Below, piece by piece: positions 8,059 through 18,268 of a stretch of 48,715 nt of DNA. Both the position numbers and the translations under genes were made by a program. The number at the start of each line of letters is the position of its first letter. Within the stretch, counting starts at the first letter, position 1. The stretch lies in UHGV virus genome UHGV-0199265; one strand, written 5' to 3'. This DNA comes from a virus. The notes beneath the pieces were generated by a model. That model was not told where the DNA came from. It searched no databases and saw nothing but the letters and a program-made list of their open reading frames with translations.

Positions 8059-10800
8059 TCAAAAGAAAAAGTTATTGTTAAGCATTCCGGCAAGACCTTC
8101 GCTGGATGATATTGTGGAAAAACCTGCCCCTCCATTAGCAAGCGCAAGACCACCAGAGTTACTAAGGTGTGTCCGGTCTATTGATTTTTCAGACCATACA
8201 CCGCCATTATTGTAAATAATGTTTCCAACGGTTCCACCGCCTATCCTGATGTAGTAATCCATAGAACTACCACCAGTTGGTAATACTGTGTCACTCCATG
8301 TGCCTTTGTATACCAGGTCGTTTGTTGTGAACCCTGTAAATGATCCGCCATTGAAAAATGACCATGGTAAAACGCCATAAGTAACAGCAACTTGTTTTTC
8401 GCTCATGCCCGGGAAAGTAGGATCAATTGCGTCAGTAGCAGCAGAAAGCATATTTTGATATACGTTAAAGAAACGCCCTGGAAATATTCTTCTGTACCAT
8501 TCTCCAAGTTCGTAAAGAACACCTGTTTTGGCGTACTGGTCCTCATGCTGCTGCACAACAATTCGTGAACCGTTCCATGTCTCTGTCCTTTGCCCCATAA
8601 TTGTCAGGAATATATATCTGGCATCCCTGGCCCCAACCAATGCAGCCATTTCAATAGAATCCTGCCTGATTTGTGCAGCATTTAAATCAGTTGTCGGCTG
8701 GTTATTTTGTCCGTGCCAAAAGCAGATGACCTGTCCGGCATAATTATCCCCGTTAACAAGAATTTCCTGCTTTAACATACCGAGGACCTGATCGGAAGTA
8801 GAGCCGCCATAGGAGCGGACCTCCCCGGGCACGCTCACCTCTGAAAGGATTTGGTTGCCGGAATTTCCACTGCCGAACATCGAGTCGCCGATAAGCAGCA
8901 GTTTGCTGGCCAGCGATTTACGGATTGTCGTCATCACCTGAGCTTTCAGCCTTACACCGACAGGGCCAGAGCTCTTATCAGAACGACGAATTTCCCACTC
9001 GTCAGAGTTTTGACTACACCGCAGGCTGATAGAGCTGCCTGCAGCAACAGTAACGGATGCCTGACCTGCTATGCGAATCCACGCGGAGCCATCCCAGAGA
9101 GCGTAATCTCCGGCAGAAAAACTATTTCCTGAAATGGTACCCGCTGCGGATGCCTGATAGACCGAATTACGCAGTGGACTAGCAGGATAACCAGAGGCAG
9201 GAGCAAACTCCCCTGCGTAAACCAGTGCATCACTGGCTGATGACAGCAACACCCATCGTGGAGTCATGGATGCACCACCGGCAGTTTGCAGTCCGGTGTA
9301 CAATAGTTTGTCCCCCGCCTGCAGCGCCATGCCGTTGAACGTCCCAGCAGCAGTCACCTCATACCAGCTATCCGCGATTTTAATCACACCGGTGCCCGGC
9401 CCACGCTGGATGACGAACTCTGTACCATTCCAGACAAGATTGTCGCCGCAGTACAGGCTCTGACTTCCCCAGGTGCCAGGTAGTGTCTCGGAGAGGTTTC
9501 CGTTTGTGTTATAGGCCTCGTAGCTGTAGTAATCACCGACAGCAAACGTCCCTGTCGGCGTGGTAACTGCGGTGGTGAGGAACCGCCCTTTTTTCGTCAG
9601 CGATGGCACCGCGCCTGGTGTAAACACGCCCGCCCGCGCTTTCCCGGTGAACAGCAGCCCGCTGGCCTGCCGGTATTCAATCGCGGTGCCGGTCGTATTA
9701 ATTCCGAATGCGGCCTTACACACATGCGACGGCAGCGGAGACCAGGCAGAGCCGTCGCGTGCATTGGTCCGCACCGCGATTTCGGAGAGCGTTGAGCGCG
9801 TTGCATCCGGGCGGGCATCCACAACATCCTGTGGGTGTGCAATAATTTTATTCTGTACATCTTCAGTCAGTGTTGAGAAGCCGACGATGTCATCACCCAA
9901 CAGAAGACGAGAAATAAATACATCGCCATCTGTCGTCACATAGCTGGACATCCGCTTTGTCACCGGATCATAGTCGACGCTGACATAACCAGTATCAGGG
10001 TCAAGGTCCAGCGGAATGACCTGCTGAACTTCTGTGGAAAGTTGTGAGTTCCCGACGCTATTCTCAGGGACCTGTAACAAGGGAATGAAGACCTGTCCAT
10101 CCGTTGTGGTATATGAAGACATACGTCTGGTTACCGGATCGTAGTTGATTTCTGAAAACCCAGTATCAGGGTCCAGTTCCTGAGATAAAATACTTTGAAC
10201 ATCCAGCGAAAGTTTTTCTGAGCTTACTGAGCCATTTTGAATATTATTTCCAGCGACTGCATTTTCAGATAATTGCAGCAAAGGGATAAAAACACGACCA
10301 TCACGCATAGTGAACTTAGACATGCGCATGGAAACTGGGTCATATTCAACATCAACAATATCGAGACCATCATCCAGCTCAGTTGAGATTAATCCCCTTG
10401 ACGCAAGATCATCGATATATCCCTTGGAAATCATTACCCGGCCAGTGGCAACTAATACTCCTGAATTATTGAGATACTCGTCAGCCAGGGTAATTCCATC
10501 AGAACTACGAACATAGGTGGCGCTACCTTCTGGAATATTCGCAATATCTGCCTGAGCATCTGCAAGGGTCATATACTGCCGGCTGAGAGGGATCAGGTTC
10601 TGCCTCGTTTCCTCAACGACCTTATCCCCTTCCGCCTTAATTCCGTCTACGGTGTAATGCTCACCGCCGAGGCGATCGGTGTATGTCAGGTCGGTACTGG
10701 TGACAACCTTATCCAGCATGGCGCCGGCATAAACTGCGTCACGGATATCCGTGCTCGGAACAGCGTTATCTGTGGGAGTTGGTAACGGTACTTCTGCCAT
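8059..10800 (-). CDS. Tailspike / side tail fibre with C-terminal SGNH (GDSL) hydrolase domain
   Basis: 913 aa; conserved phage fibre N-terminus; three ~45-aa internal repeats (YDPV..RMS.YTTTDG.VFIPLLQ); LLLIGDSMFGSGN GDS(L) esterase motif. Confidence 0.7.
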   Translation of the reverse strand: MAEVPLPTPTDNAVPSTDIRDAVYAGAMLDKVVTSTDLTYTDRLGGEHYTVDGIKAEGDKVVEETRQNLIPLSRQYMTLADAQADIANIPEGSATYVRSSDGITLADEYLNNSGVLVATGRVMISKGYIDDLASRGLISTELDDGLDIVDVEYDPVSMRMSKFTMRDGRVFIPLLQLSENAVAGNNIQNGSVSSEKLSLDVQSILSQELDPDTGFSEINYDPVTRRMSSYTTTDGQVFIPLLQVPENSVGNSQLSTEVQQVIPLDLDPDTGYVSVDYDPVTKRMSSYVTTDGDVFISRLLLGDDIVGFSTLTEDVQNKIIAHPQDVVDARPDATRSTLSEIAVRTNARDGSAWSPLPSHVCKAAFGINTTGTAIEYRQASGLLFTGKARAGVFTPGAVPSLTKKGRFLTTAVTTPTGTFAVGDYYSYEAYNTNGNLSETLPGTWGSQSLYCGDNLVWNGTEFVIQRGPGTGVIKIADSWYEVTAAGTFNGMALQAGDKLLYTGLQTAGGASMTPRWVLLSSASDALVYAGEFAPASGYPASPLRNSVYQASAAGTISGNSFSAGDYALWDGSAWIRIAGQASVTVAAGSSISLRCSQNSDEWEIRRSDKSSGPVGVRLKAQVMTTIRKSLASKLLLIGDSMFGSGNSGNQILSEVSVPGEVRSYGGSTSDQVLGMLKQEILVNGDNYAGQVICFWHGQNNQPTTDLNAAQIRQDSIEMAALVGARDARYIFLTIMGQRTETWNGSRIVVQQHEDQYAKTGVLYELGEWYRRIFPGRFFNVYQNMLSAATDAIDPTFPGMSEKQVAVTYGVLPWSFFNGGSFTGFTTNDLVYKGTWSDTVLPTGGSSMDYYIRIGGGTVGNIIYNNGGVWSEKSIDRTHLSNSGGLALANGGAGFSTISSSEGLAGMLNNNFFF

Positions 10801-10886
10801 TGTGCATGTCGCCCTATAAAAGGCGCACGAAGCCCTCAGAAGTGAATCTGATGGTGTGCGCGAAGGTTGGTAATTACTGCTGTGTG

Positions 10887-13364
10887 TTACGGATAAATCG
10901 AGTCTGAATACTCAGTCAGGGAAAGCGTTTGAGTATCGTCACCATTTGGCTTGGCACTATCGACGCGCCAGATGGTGGAGTTCAGTTCCGAGTCGGTAGC
11001 GATGAAATACCGGCTGGGGTTTTGCACCGTGCTGCGGTCATAAATGTTCAGATCGAAAGTATCGGCTGCAGCCTGGAATGCTTTGGGCTTGCCACTTACC
11101 GGATAAGCTCGCCAGCGCCCGCGGTAATTTCCGAGGCTGTCGGTCATCACCACCCACATATCGCCGAGGGAAAAGTCGATACGCTCAGAGGTCGAGAACA
11201 CATCCCCGGATCGCCCTGTGATGTAGCCGGTCTGCTGCGCGTTGTCGTACATGTCCGGACACTGAACCACCGTACCTCGCACCACCTGCGTCGACTCCAG
11301 CACTTTCACTGTCATGGTCAGGCGTGAGTAAAGGATTTTCCTCGCCTCAAGCCAGGCCCGATCGGTTGCCTGAGTGGCGTTGCGGCAGCCGTCCAAGCTG
11401 ATCTGCATCGCGTTAACCGTGGCGTCCTCAACCTCGGTAATACCGCTGCTGTCGATCTGCAGGTAGATGTACGCCTTCTTGTTCGTCAGCGGGTCGACGT
11501 AATCCAGCGCCACGCCGTCATAACCACCGGGTAGAGACATTTGCCATGCCACTTTGTACTCATCCCAGAACATGTTTGAGCGCGCAAAAACCGCATCCGG
11601 ATTTGTCACTTTCTCATCACGCCAGAATGTCAGCACATCGCCGATGTTATTGCCGTCAACGCGGGCCACATTAGCGATCGTAGCTATTTTCTCACCCAGC
11701 GACTGCTTCTCATCAGAGAAGGTGTAATCGAAATAACCAAGCTGAGCATCCGTCAGTGAGTCAGCAATGGCATACAGAGCGGCGACGTCGATACTGGCCA
11801 CGTCCTGCTTACCCACAACCACCCATTCGTGAAGGATGGCGTCGGCAAAAGAACGACTCGGCCGCAGCGTGTAATCGACCGCGCCAGTCGTCCGGTCGTA
11901 GCTGATGGTATGCCGCTGCGCCAACATGTTGTACTTCTGCTCGCGGTTGCTGTTGCTGTCATTCGATCCTTTGATCGTGATGCGGGCAATCGTGTCTTCC
12001 GGATACACGACGTTTTCGCGTACGTTCACCGCGTGGATCGCCATCAGTGTCACAACGTTAGCGTCATTGCTGTTGTCGAGGCGCTCGATAGTGACCGCAT
12101 AGCGCCCCGCCCCGGCCGCCGGAACGAACTTATGCGTTGTGCGGAAATACCGGGTCGTTACCTGGAAGTCGTTATCGAAGAAATAATCGTGCTGCTCTGA
12201 CGTGCCGGGCACCTGATTGTTGTCGTCATCGACCTGCCAGAGCTTGATCCGGTATTGCGTTGTGCCGGCCGTCGCGCCGAGTTGAACCAGCACATGCACC
12301 CAGACCTGAGTGGAGACGATCGGCGACACTGACGGTCCGATAACCAGAGGGGTCTGGTCATTCAGCGTGAACAGCGTCGCGTTGATAACCGCATTGCCCG
12401 GCAGAGACGTAATTTCACCCGACAGTTCGCCGATATAAAACGTCGTGTACGAAAGCGTGTCTTCGCCGATGAAGCTCTCTGATGAGATGATATTCCCGGC
12501 ACCAGTGACGTTTCGTGTGACGCTTGTGCCGCCATCGTTCCAGGTGGCATTGATGACGAATGACACTGGATGCGGCACCGCCAGCGCAGCGAAGTAGGCA
12601 AAGTTGTCATCGTTCGACAGCACGACAGCCTTTAACTGATTACTCTCGATCGCCACCGATGTCGGCGCCGTCGTGGTCGCGGTCTGAGCCGGGAAGTCCT
12701 GGCTTTCGTTTAACCCGGGGACTGTCTCGTTATCGACATCATCGAACTGATACCCGACTTCAATCGTGCCGATCACGTCACCCGGGTTATAAATCGCAGA
12801 ACTGGCTCCCGCCAGGCTTCCGAGGTTCGATTCCGAGTAGCGAATTGAGGAGATGGTGTACCGGCCGTAACCGACCTCGAACCACTCCGTAAGCTGTTTG
12901 TTATTGTCGACAAACTCGAACAGCGCCTCCTGAATCAGGTCAGGAAAGACACGGCACTGGCCGTAAATGTTCGGGCGCCCCTTGTAGAGTCGCGCGCGGT
13001 TCGTCTGGCCGGTTAAGTCGTTGTTGGGGGATTCGCCTGTCGCCACCGATACCGACGCGCTGGGCTTATTTGACAGGCCGAACACCTTCAGCGCGCCGGA
13101 GAGGATTTTCGTGACCGGGCGCAATATCGTGGTGATGAGCTTTCCCACCCCGCCCTCTGGTTGGTCGAAAACAGCCACGACGTCACCAGATCGCAGTGGC
13201 CGGCTGATATCGTAATCGTCCGGCAGTGCTCGGCCATTCAGTTTTACGACAACATCACGGTGCAGCTGCAGAGAATCCAGCAGGCTCACCAGTGCGGTGC
13301 CTGCATCTACCGTCCCCCGCTGCAGCGGCGCTCCGGGCAGCCTCTGTAACTCATATCGCACCAT
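10887..13364 (-). CDS. Host-specificity protein J-like central tail fibre / tail tip protein
   Basis: 825 aa, position after K/L/M-like genes; no close recognisable motif. Confidence 0.6.
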   Translation of the reverse strand: MVRYELQRLPGAPLQRGTVDAGTALVSLLDSLQLHRDVVVKLNGRALPDDYDISRPLRSGDVVAVFDQPEGGVGKLITTILRPVTKILSGALKVFGLSNKPSASVSVATGESPNNDLTGQTNRARLYKGRPNIYGQCRVFPDLIQEALFEFVDNNKQLTEWFEVGYGRYTISSIRYSESNLGSLAGASSAIYNPGDVIGTIEVGYQFDDVDNETVPGLNESQDFPAQTATTTAPTSVAIESNQLKAVVLSNDDNFAYFAALAVPHPVSFVINATWNDGGTSVTRNVTGAGNIISSESFIGEDTLSYTTFYIGELSGEITSLPGNAVINATLFTLNDQTPLVIGPSVSPIVSTQVWVHVLVQLGATAGTTQYRIKLWQVDDDNNQVPGTSEQHDYFFDNDFQVTTRYFRTTHKFVPAAGAGRYAVTIERLDNSNDANVVTLMAIHAVNVRENVVYPEDTIARITIKGSNDSNSNREQKYNMLAQRHTISYDRTTGAVDYTLRPSRSFADAILHEWVVVGKQDVASIDVAALYAIADSLTDAQLGYFDYTFSDEKQSLGEKIATIANVARVDGNNIGDVLTFWRDEKVTNPDAVFARSNMFWDEYKVAWQMSLPGGYDGVALDYVDPLTNKKAYIYLQIDSSGITEVEDATVNAMQISLDGCRNATQATDRAWLEARKILYSRLTMTVKVLESTQVVRGTVVQCPDMYDNAQQTGYITGRSGDVFSTSERIDFSLGDMWVVMTDSLGNYRGRWRAYPVSGKPKAFQAAADTFDLNIYDRSTVQNPSRYFIATDSELNSTIWRVDSAKPNGDDTQTLSLTEYSDSIYP

Positions 13365-13746
13365 TCACCATGTACTCCACTTTGCGGTAAACCTTCAGTA
13401 ATGCCAGCGGGCTGTCGCAGCGTACGAAACCTAATTCGCCGCGGGCATGCAGGCACTTAACCGGGCTGATCATCACACCGATATGCGCCGGCACTTCGCC
13501 GCGGTAAAAAACGGCGATGCATCCGGTGGCAGCCACCGACACACGCCGCCAGTGGGCGCGCTCCTGTTCGTAGCAGGTGATGAACTCCGCGCCCGATTCG
13601 TAGCCGGCTACGTGATGCAGTTCCAGGCCGAGCACATGCCGGTAATAGAGAACCACCAGGCCCCAGCAGTCCATCTGCTCAAAACTGCAGGCGCGGTTAG
13701 CCCAGGGCTTGCCGTTAACAAGCCCGATAAAGTCGCTCTGTGTCAT
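13351..13746 (-). CDS. Tail assembly protein with NlpC/P60-like Cys-His peptidase signature (lambda K-like)
   Basis: 131 aa; CWGLV Cys and downstream His residues; position between L-like and J-like genes. Confidence 0.5.
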   Translation of the reverse strand: MTQSDFIGLVNGKPWANRACSFEQMDCWGLVVLYYRHVLGLELHHVAGYESGAEFITCYEQERAHWRRVSVAATGCIAVFYRGEVPAHIGVMISPVKCLHARGELGFVRCDSPLALLKVYRKVEYMVNGAI

Positions 13747-14213
13747 ACGGTGATTAGCCCGGGATAGTCTTTCGTGGTGTAAATGATGGAGTTGGCCAGC
13801 GTCAGCGGGTTAGTCTTTCCGGCGGTCACAGTGACGTTGCTGGCATCGGCGGAAATGTCGTTCACGTAAAGCGTCCAGTCTTTCAGGGATGATGCATCAC
13901 CGATCGCGTTCCACTGCTGATACAGGCACTTTATCGGCGTCATGCGAGCCGCCCCGCGCCAGCTTTTAAGCGTCTGCCTCACGTGCTCTGTCGCGGCGAC
14001 AAACGTAATGGTCATGGATATGACCGCCGTTCCGTCCTGCGCCGGCTCGGTCACGCTGAACCGCGCAGGCTCGAATGAGTTTCCGCCGAACGTCGCCGGA
14101 CGAAACAGGTTATTTACCACCCGATAATAACCAAACGCAGGGTGATAAAACTCCACCGTCTGTTTGATGTCGCTCGCCGGCCTCCGCTCTTTCCATTCTC
14201 GTAAAGTCGGCAT
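13743..14213 (-). CDS. Minor tail protein (lambda L-like position)
   Basis: 156 aa, coupled to neighbours in distal tail module. Confidence 0.45.
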   Translation of the reverse strand: MPTLREWKERRPASDIKQTVEFYHPAFGYYRVVNNLFRPATFGGNSFEPARFSVTEPAQDGTAVISMTITFVAATEHVRQTLKSWRGAARMTPIKCLYQQWNAIGDASSLKDWTLYVNDISADASNVTVTAGKTNPLTLANSIIYTTKDYPGLITV

Positions 14214-14704
14214 CAGTCTGCCCTCGGCATCACTTCGGTGATCAGGTAATCCAGCCCGTATCCATAACCAGGCTGAGCCTCAACAATCCAGTCGTCATAG
14301 TCCTCGGTAATGTCCTCGATACCGTTGCTGATGACCGTTGCAGTCCAGGTGACCACGTTGCCGTTTTTGCTGGTCTGCACCGGCATATCGACGAAATGCA
14401 GCGTCTGCTGCTGCACGCCCTGTGTATCACCCAAATCGATCGGCATCTGGAACCAGTTACGCCCGCGGTCGCAGTATGTCGGCGAGCGAAGCCATGACTT
14501 AAACCGCTCGGCCTGGGCCAGCGTGAATATCCACTGCAGCGTCCAGGTCGCTTTCAGGTCCGTGGTGATCGGCGTGATTATCAGGGGGCCGACTGCCGTC
14601 TGCGTCGTCTGCCAGGCTGTATCCTGCGTCATGTTCTGATCGGCACGCTGGGGAAGCGGCAGGAACGGAGGGTATTGAACTGTTGCCACGTTTCCTCCGG
14701 GCAT
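14213..14704 (-). CDS. Minor tail protein (lambda M-like position)
   Basis: 163 aa immediately after tape measure gene. Confidence 0.45.
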   Translation of the reverse strand: MPGGNVATVQYPPFLPLPQRADQNMTQDTAWQTTQTAVGPLIITPITTDLKATWTLQWIFTLAQAERFKSWLRSPTYCDRGRNWFQMPIDLGDTQGVQQQTLHFVDMPVQTSKNGNVVTWTATVISNGIEDITEDYDDWIVEAQPGYGYGLDYLITEVMPRAD

Positions 14705-14730
14705 AAAAAAACCCGCCGGAGCGGGTTTGG
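14704..14730 (-). terminator. Hairpin + U-run (ACCCGC-UCCG-GCGGGU-UUUUUUU) 5 nt after the tape-measure stop
   Basis: perfect 6-bp GC stem, T-run runs into the ATG of the next gene; same core (CCCGCCGGAGCG) as the element at 18198-18223. Confidence 0.5.
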
Positions 14731-14731
14731 T

Positions 14732-17700
14732 TTAGTAAGCGCCTTGCGCTTTACGACTTAATCCAAATGTCTGCTGCATCTGAGAGGATACCGGGCCGCC
14801 TCTTTCTATGTCGGTGATCAGCAAGTCCACAACTGCGCTACCGTCCTGCATGTAGCCATCGGCACTCTGTACAGTGGCACCGGTAGACTGGTTTATGACG
14901 TTCACCTGCACGCTGATCCCTCCTCCTGACTGCATATCCTTATTGCTGATGACCTTCCCGTTATCGCCGGGGATCATGTACTGCTTGCCGGTGCTGGCCT
15001 GGTAAATCTCTGGCTTCCCTTTCTCGCCGACCTGATACAGGCCTCCAGCTGATACCGGGCCGCCGTTGTAGCGAGCGCCGGCTATTGAAAGGGCCTGCGC
15101 CATGCCAACTGTTGAAGCTATTCCTGCCTGAGCGGGGGTAGCGTTAGCGCCAGCCGTGGCAAGGGAGGTCATTGCAGCAGCCGGAGCCATGGATGCGGCT
15201 ATTAGTTGCCCTTGCGCAATAGCCATTCCAGAAGCGGCGGTCATTCCAGCCTGCCCCATAATTACAGACTTCAACCACTCAACTCCCATCTGGACAAAGG
15301 AGTTGATGACGCTGTTAAGTACCGTCGAGCCTAGCGACCGCATAGCTTCGCTGACAGACATGCTGCCAGTGATTATGCCAGTGAGGGCGTTGGAGGCGTT
15401 TCCAGCAAATGAATCAAACGCCGCGGCAGCTACCTCATATCCTGCGTTTTGTTGCCTCCATATCTCCCACTGCGCCGCTATGCGCTGTTGTTCGTACTGA
15501 GTGTTAGCGGCATTCATCAGTTCAAGACCGCGCTGGGTTATCTGCCCCTTCTGCGTTTCGAACTGCTGGATGAGAGCCAACTCCTGAGCGTGCTGGTTAG
15601 CAAGCCGCTGAACTGGATCAATCTCTCCCTGAGCTTGTTGCTGAGGAGTTACTACTTGCCCAGCCCGAATTTTTGCCAGATTAACTTGGTGCTGTTGCTC
15701 AAGCTGCTCGCTAGCCTGATTGTATTGCTGCTGAGAGATGATCAGATTGCCTTGCGCATCTTTAGCATCCTTGAGGGTTTCAAGTTGCGATTTCTGTGCA
15801 TTGTAGTCTGCATTTTCTTTAAGCTCAGGAACGGCATTGCGCGCCTTAATTGCTGCCGCCGTATCCCAAACAGCAGCCGCGTAATTTCTAGCCTGCTGAA
15901 CCTGATCGGCTGATGCGGATTTACCGAGTGACTGCTCGGCCCTTAGCATCGCCTGCTCCCGGCTTAACTCCTGCGTTGAGCCAGCAGCGAGTTCTGATTG
16001 CTGGCGCAGATTTTCAAGTTTTTGGTTTACCGATTCCTGCTGGTTAGCAAGTTTCTTAGCCTCAGACGCCGCAGCATTATCTTCCTTCTTTTGATCCTTT
16101 CTTGCCTGAGTGTTTCTCTCTGTTGCAGCATAATTATCCTGAAGCCTTTTGATTGCTCGCTCATCTGTAACGCCTGCATCCTCAGCATCATAGGCCGCCT
16201 GCTGCCTGGCTTTTGCTTCCCCCTCCAATTTTGACAAGGCAAGTCGGCGCTCAGCCTGCTTAATTAACTTCTCGCCTTCTTTCCCGCCCCAGTTTATTTT
16301 CAGACTTTCTGAGTTGAAGGCTTTCAGGGCCTGCGTTGATTGGCCGAGTTTTTCAGCCAGGAATGCCTGGGTTCCACCGAGGAATGACGCTTGCTTTTCT
16401 GCTTCAGCGATAGCGATAGCGTTATCTCTGGCAGCCCTCATCTGATCAACAATGCCCTGATTAACTTGAATGTTAATTAGGTGTAATGCGTCTTCAGTTT
16501 GCTTAAGAGTGGCTGTCGCTCCATCCAGATCCCTGCGCTTTTTGGCCAACTCGTTTGCGGCATCCTTTGCCTTAATCACGAAACCATTATTTTGATCTTC
16601 GGTAACTCCGTATTGCCTTGCAAGCGTTGTATATTTCTCGTAATCGGATTGCAGACCTGAAATGGTATCTTTCAGATCGCTAATAGCTTCCTTTTGCGCC
16701 TCAATTGAGGTGACCGTATCAGCCCTAACGCCCTGAGCTTGAGCAAGATTCATGTCCTTGAGGCGCTTAATAACGTCAGGAACGGTGTCAGCAAAAGCTA
16801 TTGCCTCTTTTCTGGCCTCGGCCTGTCGCTGTGAATACAGATACCAGCCAGCGGCAACAATGGCTATTACGCCAATGGGTCCACCCAAAGGGGCGGTAAC
16901 CGAATTCACTACCTTCATTGTGTTTGCAAAAGTTATACCCGTAGCGGCCACTTTGGCTTGTGATGCCGCTAGTGCATTATTAGCCAATGCCGCTTCTGCG
17001 GATGTTGCAACGTAAATCCCTCTTAGTCGTATAACGTTCTCAAGCGCAAAGGCTTCAGCAGCAGAGCCTTTTGCTACGTTATACTCAGCAGTTGCCACAT
17101 TTAGAGCGGAAAGAGCAGCATCTTTATCTGCCGCTGCTTTTCTGGCTGTCACTGATGCTGCTGCGGCTTCCTGTTGTGCCGATTGCCTTGTCGCAACTAT
17201 TCCCTGAATGGTTGCTTTAACTCTTGAGGCTTGAGCGGCTGTTGCCATTGCTAACGCGCCAGCAAACCTACCGCCCATTATTGCAGCAGCGCCAATTAAG
17301 GCTGTCCCCAGCGTCTCAAGGTTTTCGCTTATTGTAATAACAGAGTCTCGGAACCCTGCTGCGAATGATTTAACCGTCGAGTTTTCGCCAAAGAACTTCG
17401 TTACGTTGTTACCGGCCACCTGCAATCCCTTGGCGATTGAGACGGTGGTGTTGGCAAATTCTTTGCCGATTGCATCCCCTTGTGACAGAAGCCCCTTAAC
17501 TACAACGTCTGTTGTCAGTTGCCCTTGAGCGGCCATAGCCCTTAACTGACCAATAGAAACACCCATCGAATCAGCCAGAGCGACCATGAGGCGGCTGCCT
17601 TGCTCTGACACTGAGTTAAACTCTTCGCCGCGCAGAACGCCGGAAGCTATACCCTGTGATAGCTGAATGATTGCGTTCTCAGCTTCCTGAGCAGTTGCGC

Positions 17701-18178
17701 CGGATACCGCAAATCCCTGGTTGATAATGGTGGTAAGGCGGGTTAAATCTTCTGCGCTGGTGTTGTATGTTCTGGTTCCGCGCTCAAGCCGGGCGTAAAG
17801 AGTCGCCGTGCCGTTCAGGGATGACTGGGTTGCTTGTGAAACATCAAAGATCCGCTGCATAACTTCGGCCTGCGTCTCTCCAGTACGAACCGAGTTAGCG
17901 ACTTTGTTATTCAGTTCAGTCCAGGCATCGGCATAACTCGCAACCTGTTGCACAGAAAGCGCGGCCAGCAAGCCTTTAGCAACGCCAGAAAGGCTGGACA
18001 TTGTTCGTTCCATCGATCCAATAGAGCGCTCAGTGCGGTTAACGCTGGCTTCAAGGCGGCCCATGCTCCCATTAAGACCGTTCAGTGCCGCATCAACTTC
18101 TCTTCGCGCTGCCAGTAAACGCGAAGTATCCATGTCGACTTCGTAGATAACGCTGCCAGCATCAAACGTTCCAGCCAT
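14732..18178 (-). CDS. Tail tape measure protein
   Basis: 1148 aa, Ala/Gln-rich coiled-coil, lambda-H-like N-terminus, position between chaperone and distal tail genes. Confidence 0.9.
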   Translation of the reverse strand: MAGTFDAGSVIYEVDMDTSRLLAARREVDAALNGLNGSMGRLEASVNRTERSIGSMERTMSSLSGVAKGLLAALSVQQVASYADAWTELNNKVANSVRTGETQAEVMQRIFDVSQATQSSLNGTATLYARLERGTRTYNTSAEDLTRLTTIINQGFAVSGATAQEAENAIIQLSQGIASGVLRGEEFNSVSEQGSRLMVALADSMGVSIGQLRAMAAQGQLTTDVVVKGLLSQGDAIGKEFANTTVSIAKGLQVAGNNVTKFFGENSTVKSFAAGFRDSVITISENLETLGTALIGAAAIMGGRFAGALAMATAAQASRVKATIQGIVATRQSAQQEAAAASVTARKAAADKDAALSALNVATAEYNVAKGSAAEAFALENVIRLRGIYVATSAEAALANNALAASQAKVAATGITFANTMKVVNSVTAPLGGPIGVIAIVAAGWYLYSQRQAEARKEAIAFADTVPDVIKRLKDMNLAQAQGVRADTVTSIEAQKEAISDLKDTISGLQSDYEKYTTLARQYGVTEDQNNGFVIKAKDAANELAKKRRDLDGATATLKQTEDALHLINIQVNQGIVDQMRAARDNAIAIAEAEKQASFLGGTQAFLAEKLGQSTQALKAFNSESLKINWGGKEGEKLIKQAERRLALSKLEGEAKARQQAAYDAEDAGVTDERAIKRLQDNYAATERNTQARKDQKKEDNAAASEAKKLANQQESVNQKLENLRQQSELAAGSTQELSREQAMLRAEQSLGKSASADQVQQARNYAAAVWDTAAAIKARNAVPELKENADYNAQKSQLETLKDAKDAQGNLIISQQQYNQASEQLEQQHQVNLAKIRAGQVVTPQQQAQGEIDPVQRLANQHAQELALIQQFETQKGQITQRGLELMNAANTQYEQQRIAAQWEIWRQQNAGYEVAAAAFDSFAGNASNALTGIITGSMSVSEAMRSLGSTVLNSVINSFVQMGVEWLKSVIMGQAGMTAASGMAIAQGQLIAASMAPAAAMTSLATAGANATPAQAGIASTVGMAQALSIAGARYNGGPVSAGGLYQVGEKGKPEIYQASTGKQYMIPGDNGKVISNKDMQSGGGISVQVNVINQSTGATVQSADGYMQDGSAVVDLLITDIERGGPVSSQMQQTFGLSRKAQGAY

Positions 18179-18197
18179 TTACTTTTCTCCGGGCAAT

Positions 18198-18223
18198 AAA
18201 AAACCCCGCCGGAGCGAGGTTGG
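18198..18223 (-). terminator. Hairpin + U-run just upstream of tape-measure RBS (CCUCGC-UCCG-GCGGGG-UUUUUU)
   Basis: stem with one G-U, T-run then GGAG RBS and ATG of the tape-measure gene; paralogous to 14704-14730. Confidence 0.5.
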
Positions 18224-18268
18224 TGACTACCAGAATGCAAAATTACATTCTGATTTAATTTCAATGGG

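Noticed and set aside
8528-13349. Multiple short ORFs on the + strand within the tailspike and J-like genes (e.g. 8851-9132, 9560-9943, 10929-11327, 11829-12200, 12560-12892)
   Set aside because: All antisense to long, continuous structural genes and lacking RBS; treated as noise.
15156-17015. Several + strand ORFs (114, 154, 78, 87 aa) inside the tape-measure gene
   Set aside because: Opposite-strand artefacts of the long Ala/Gln-rich TMP frame; no RBS; Leu/Ser/Cys-rich nonsense-like translations.
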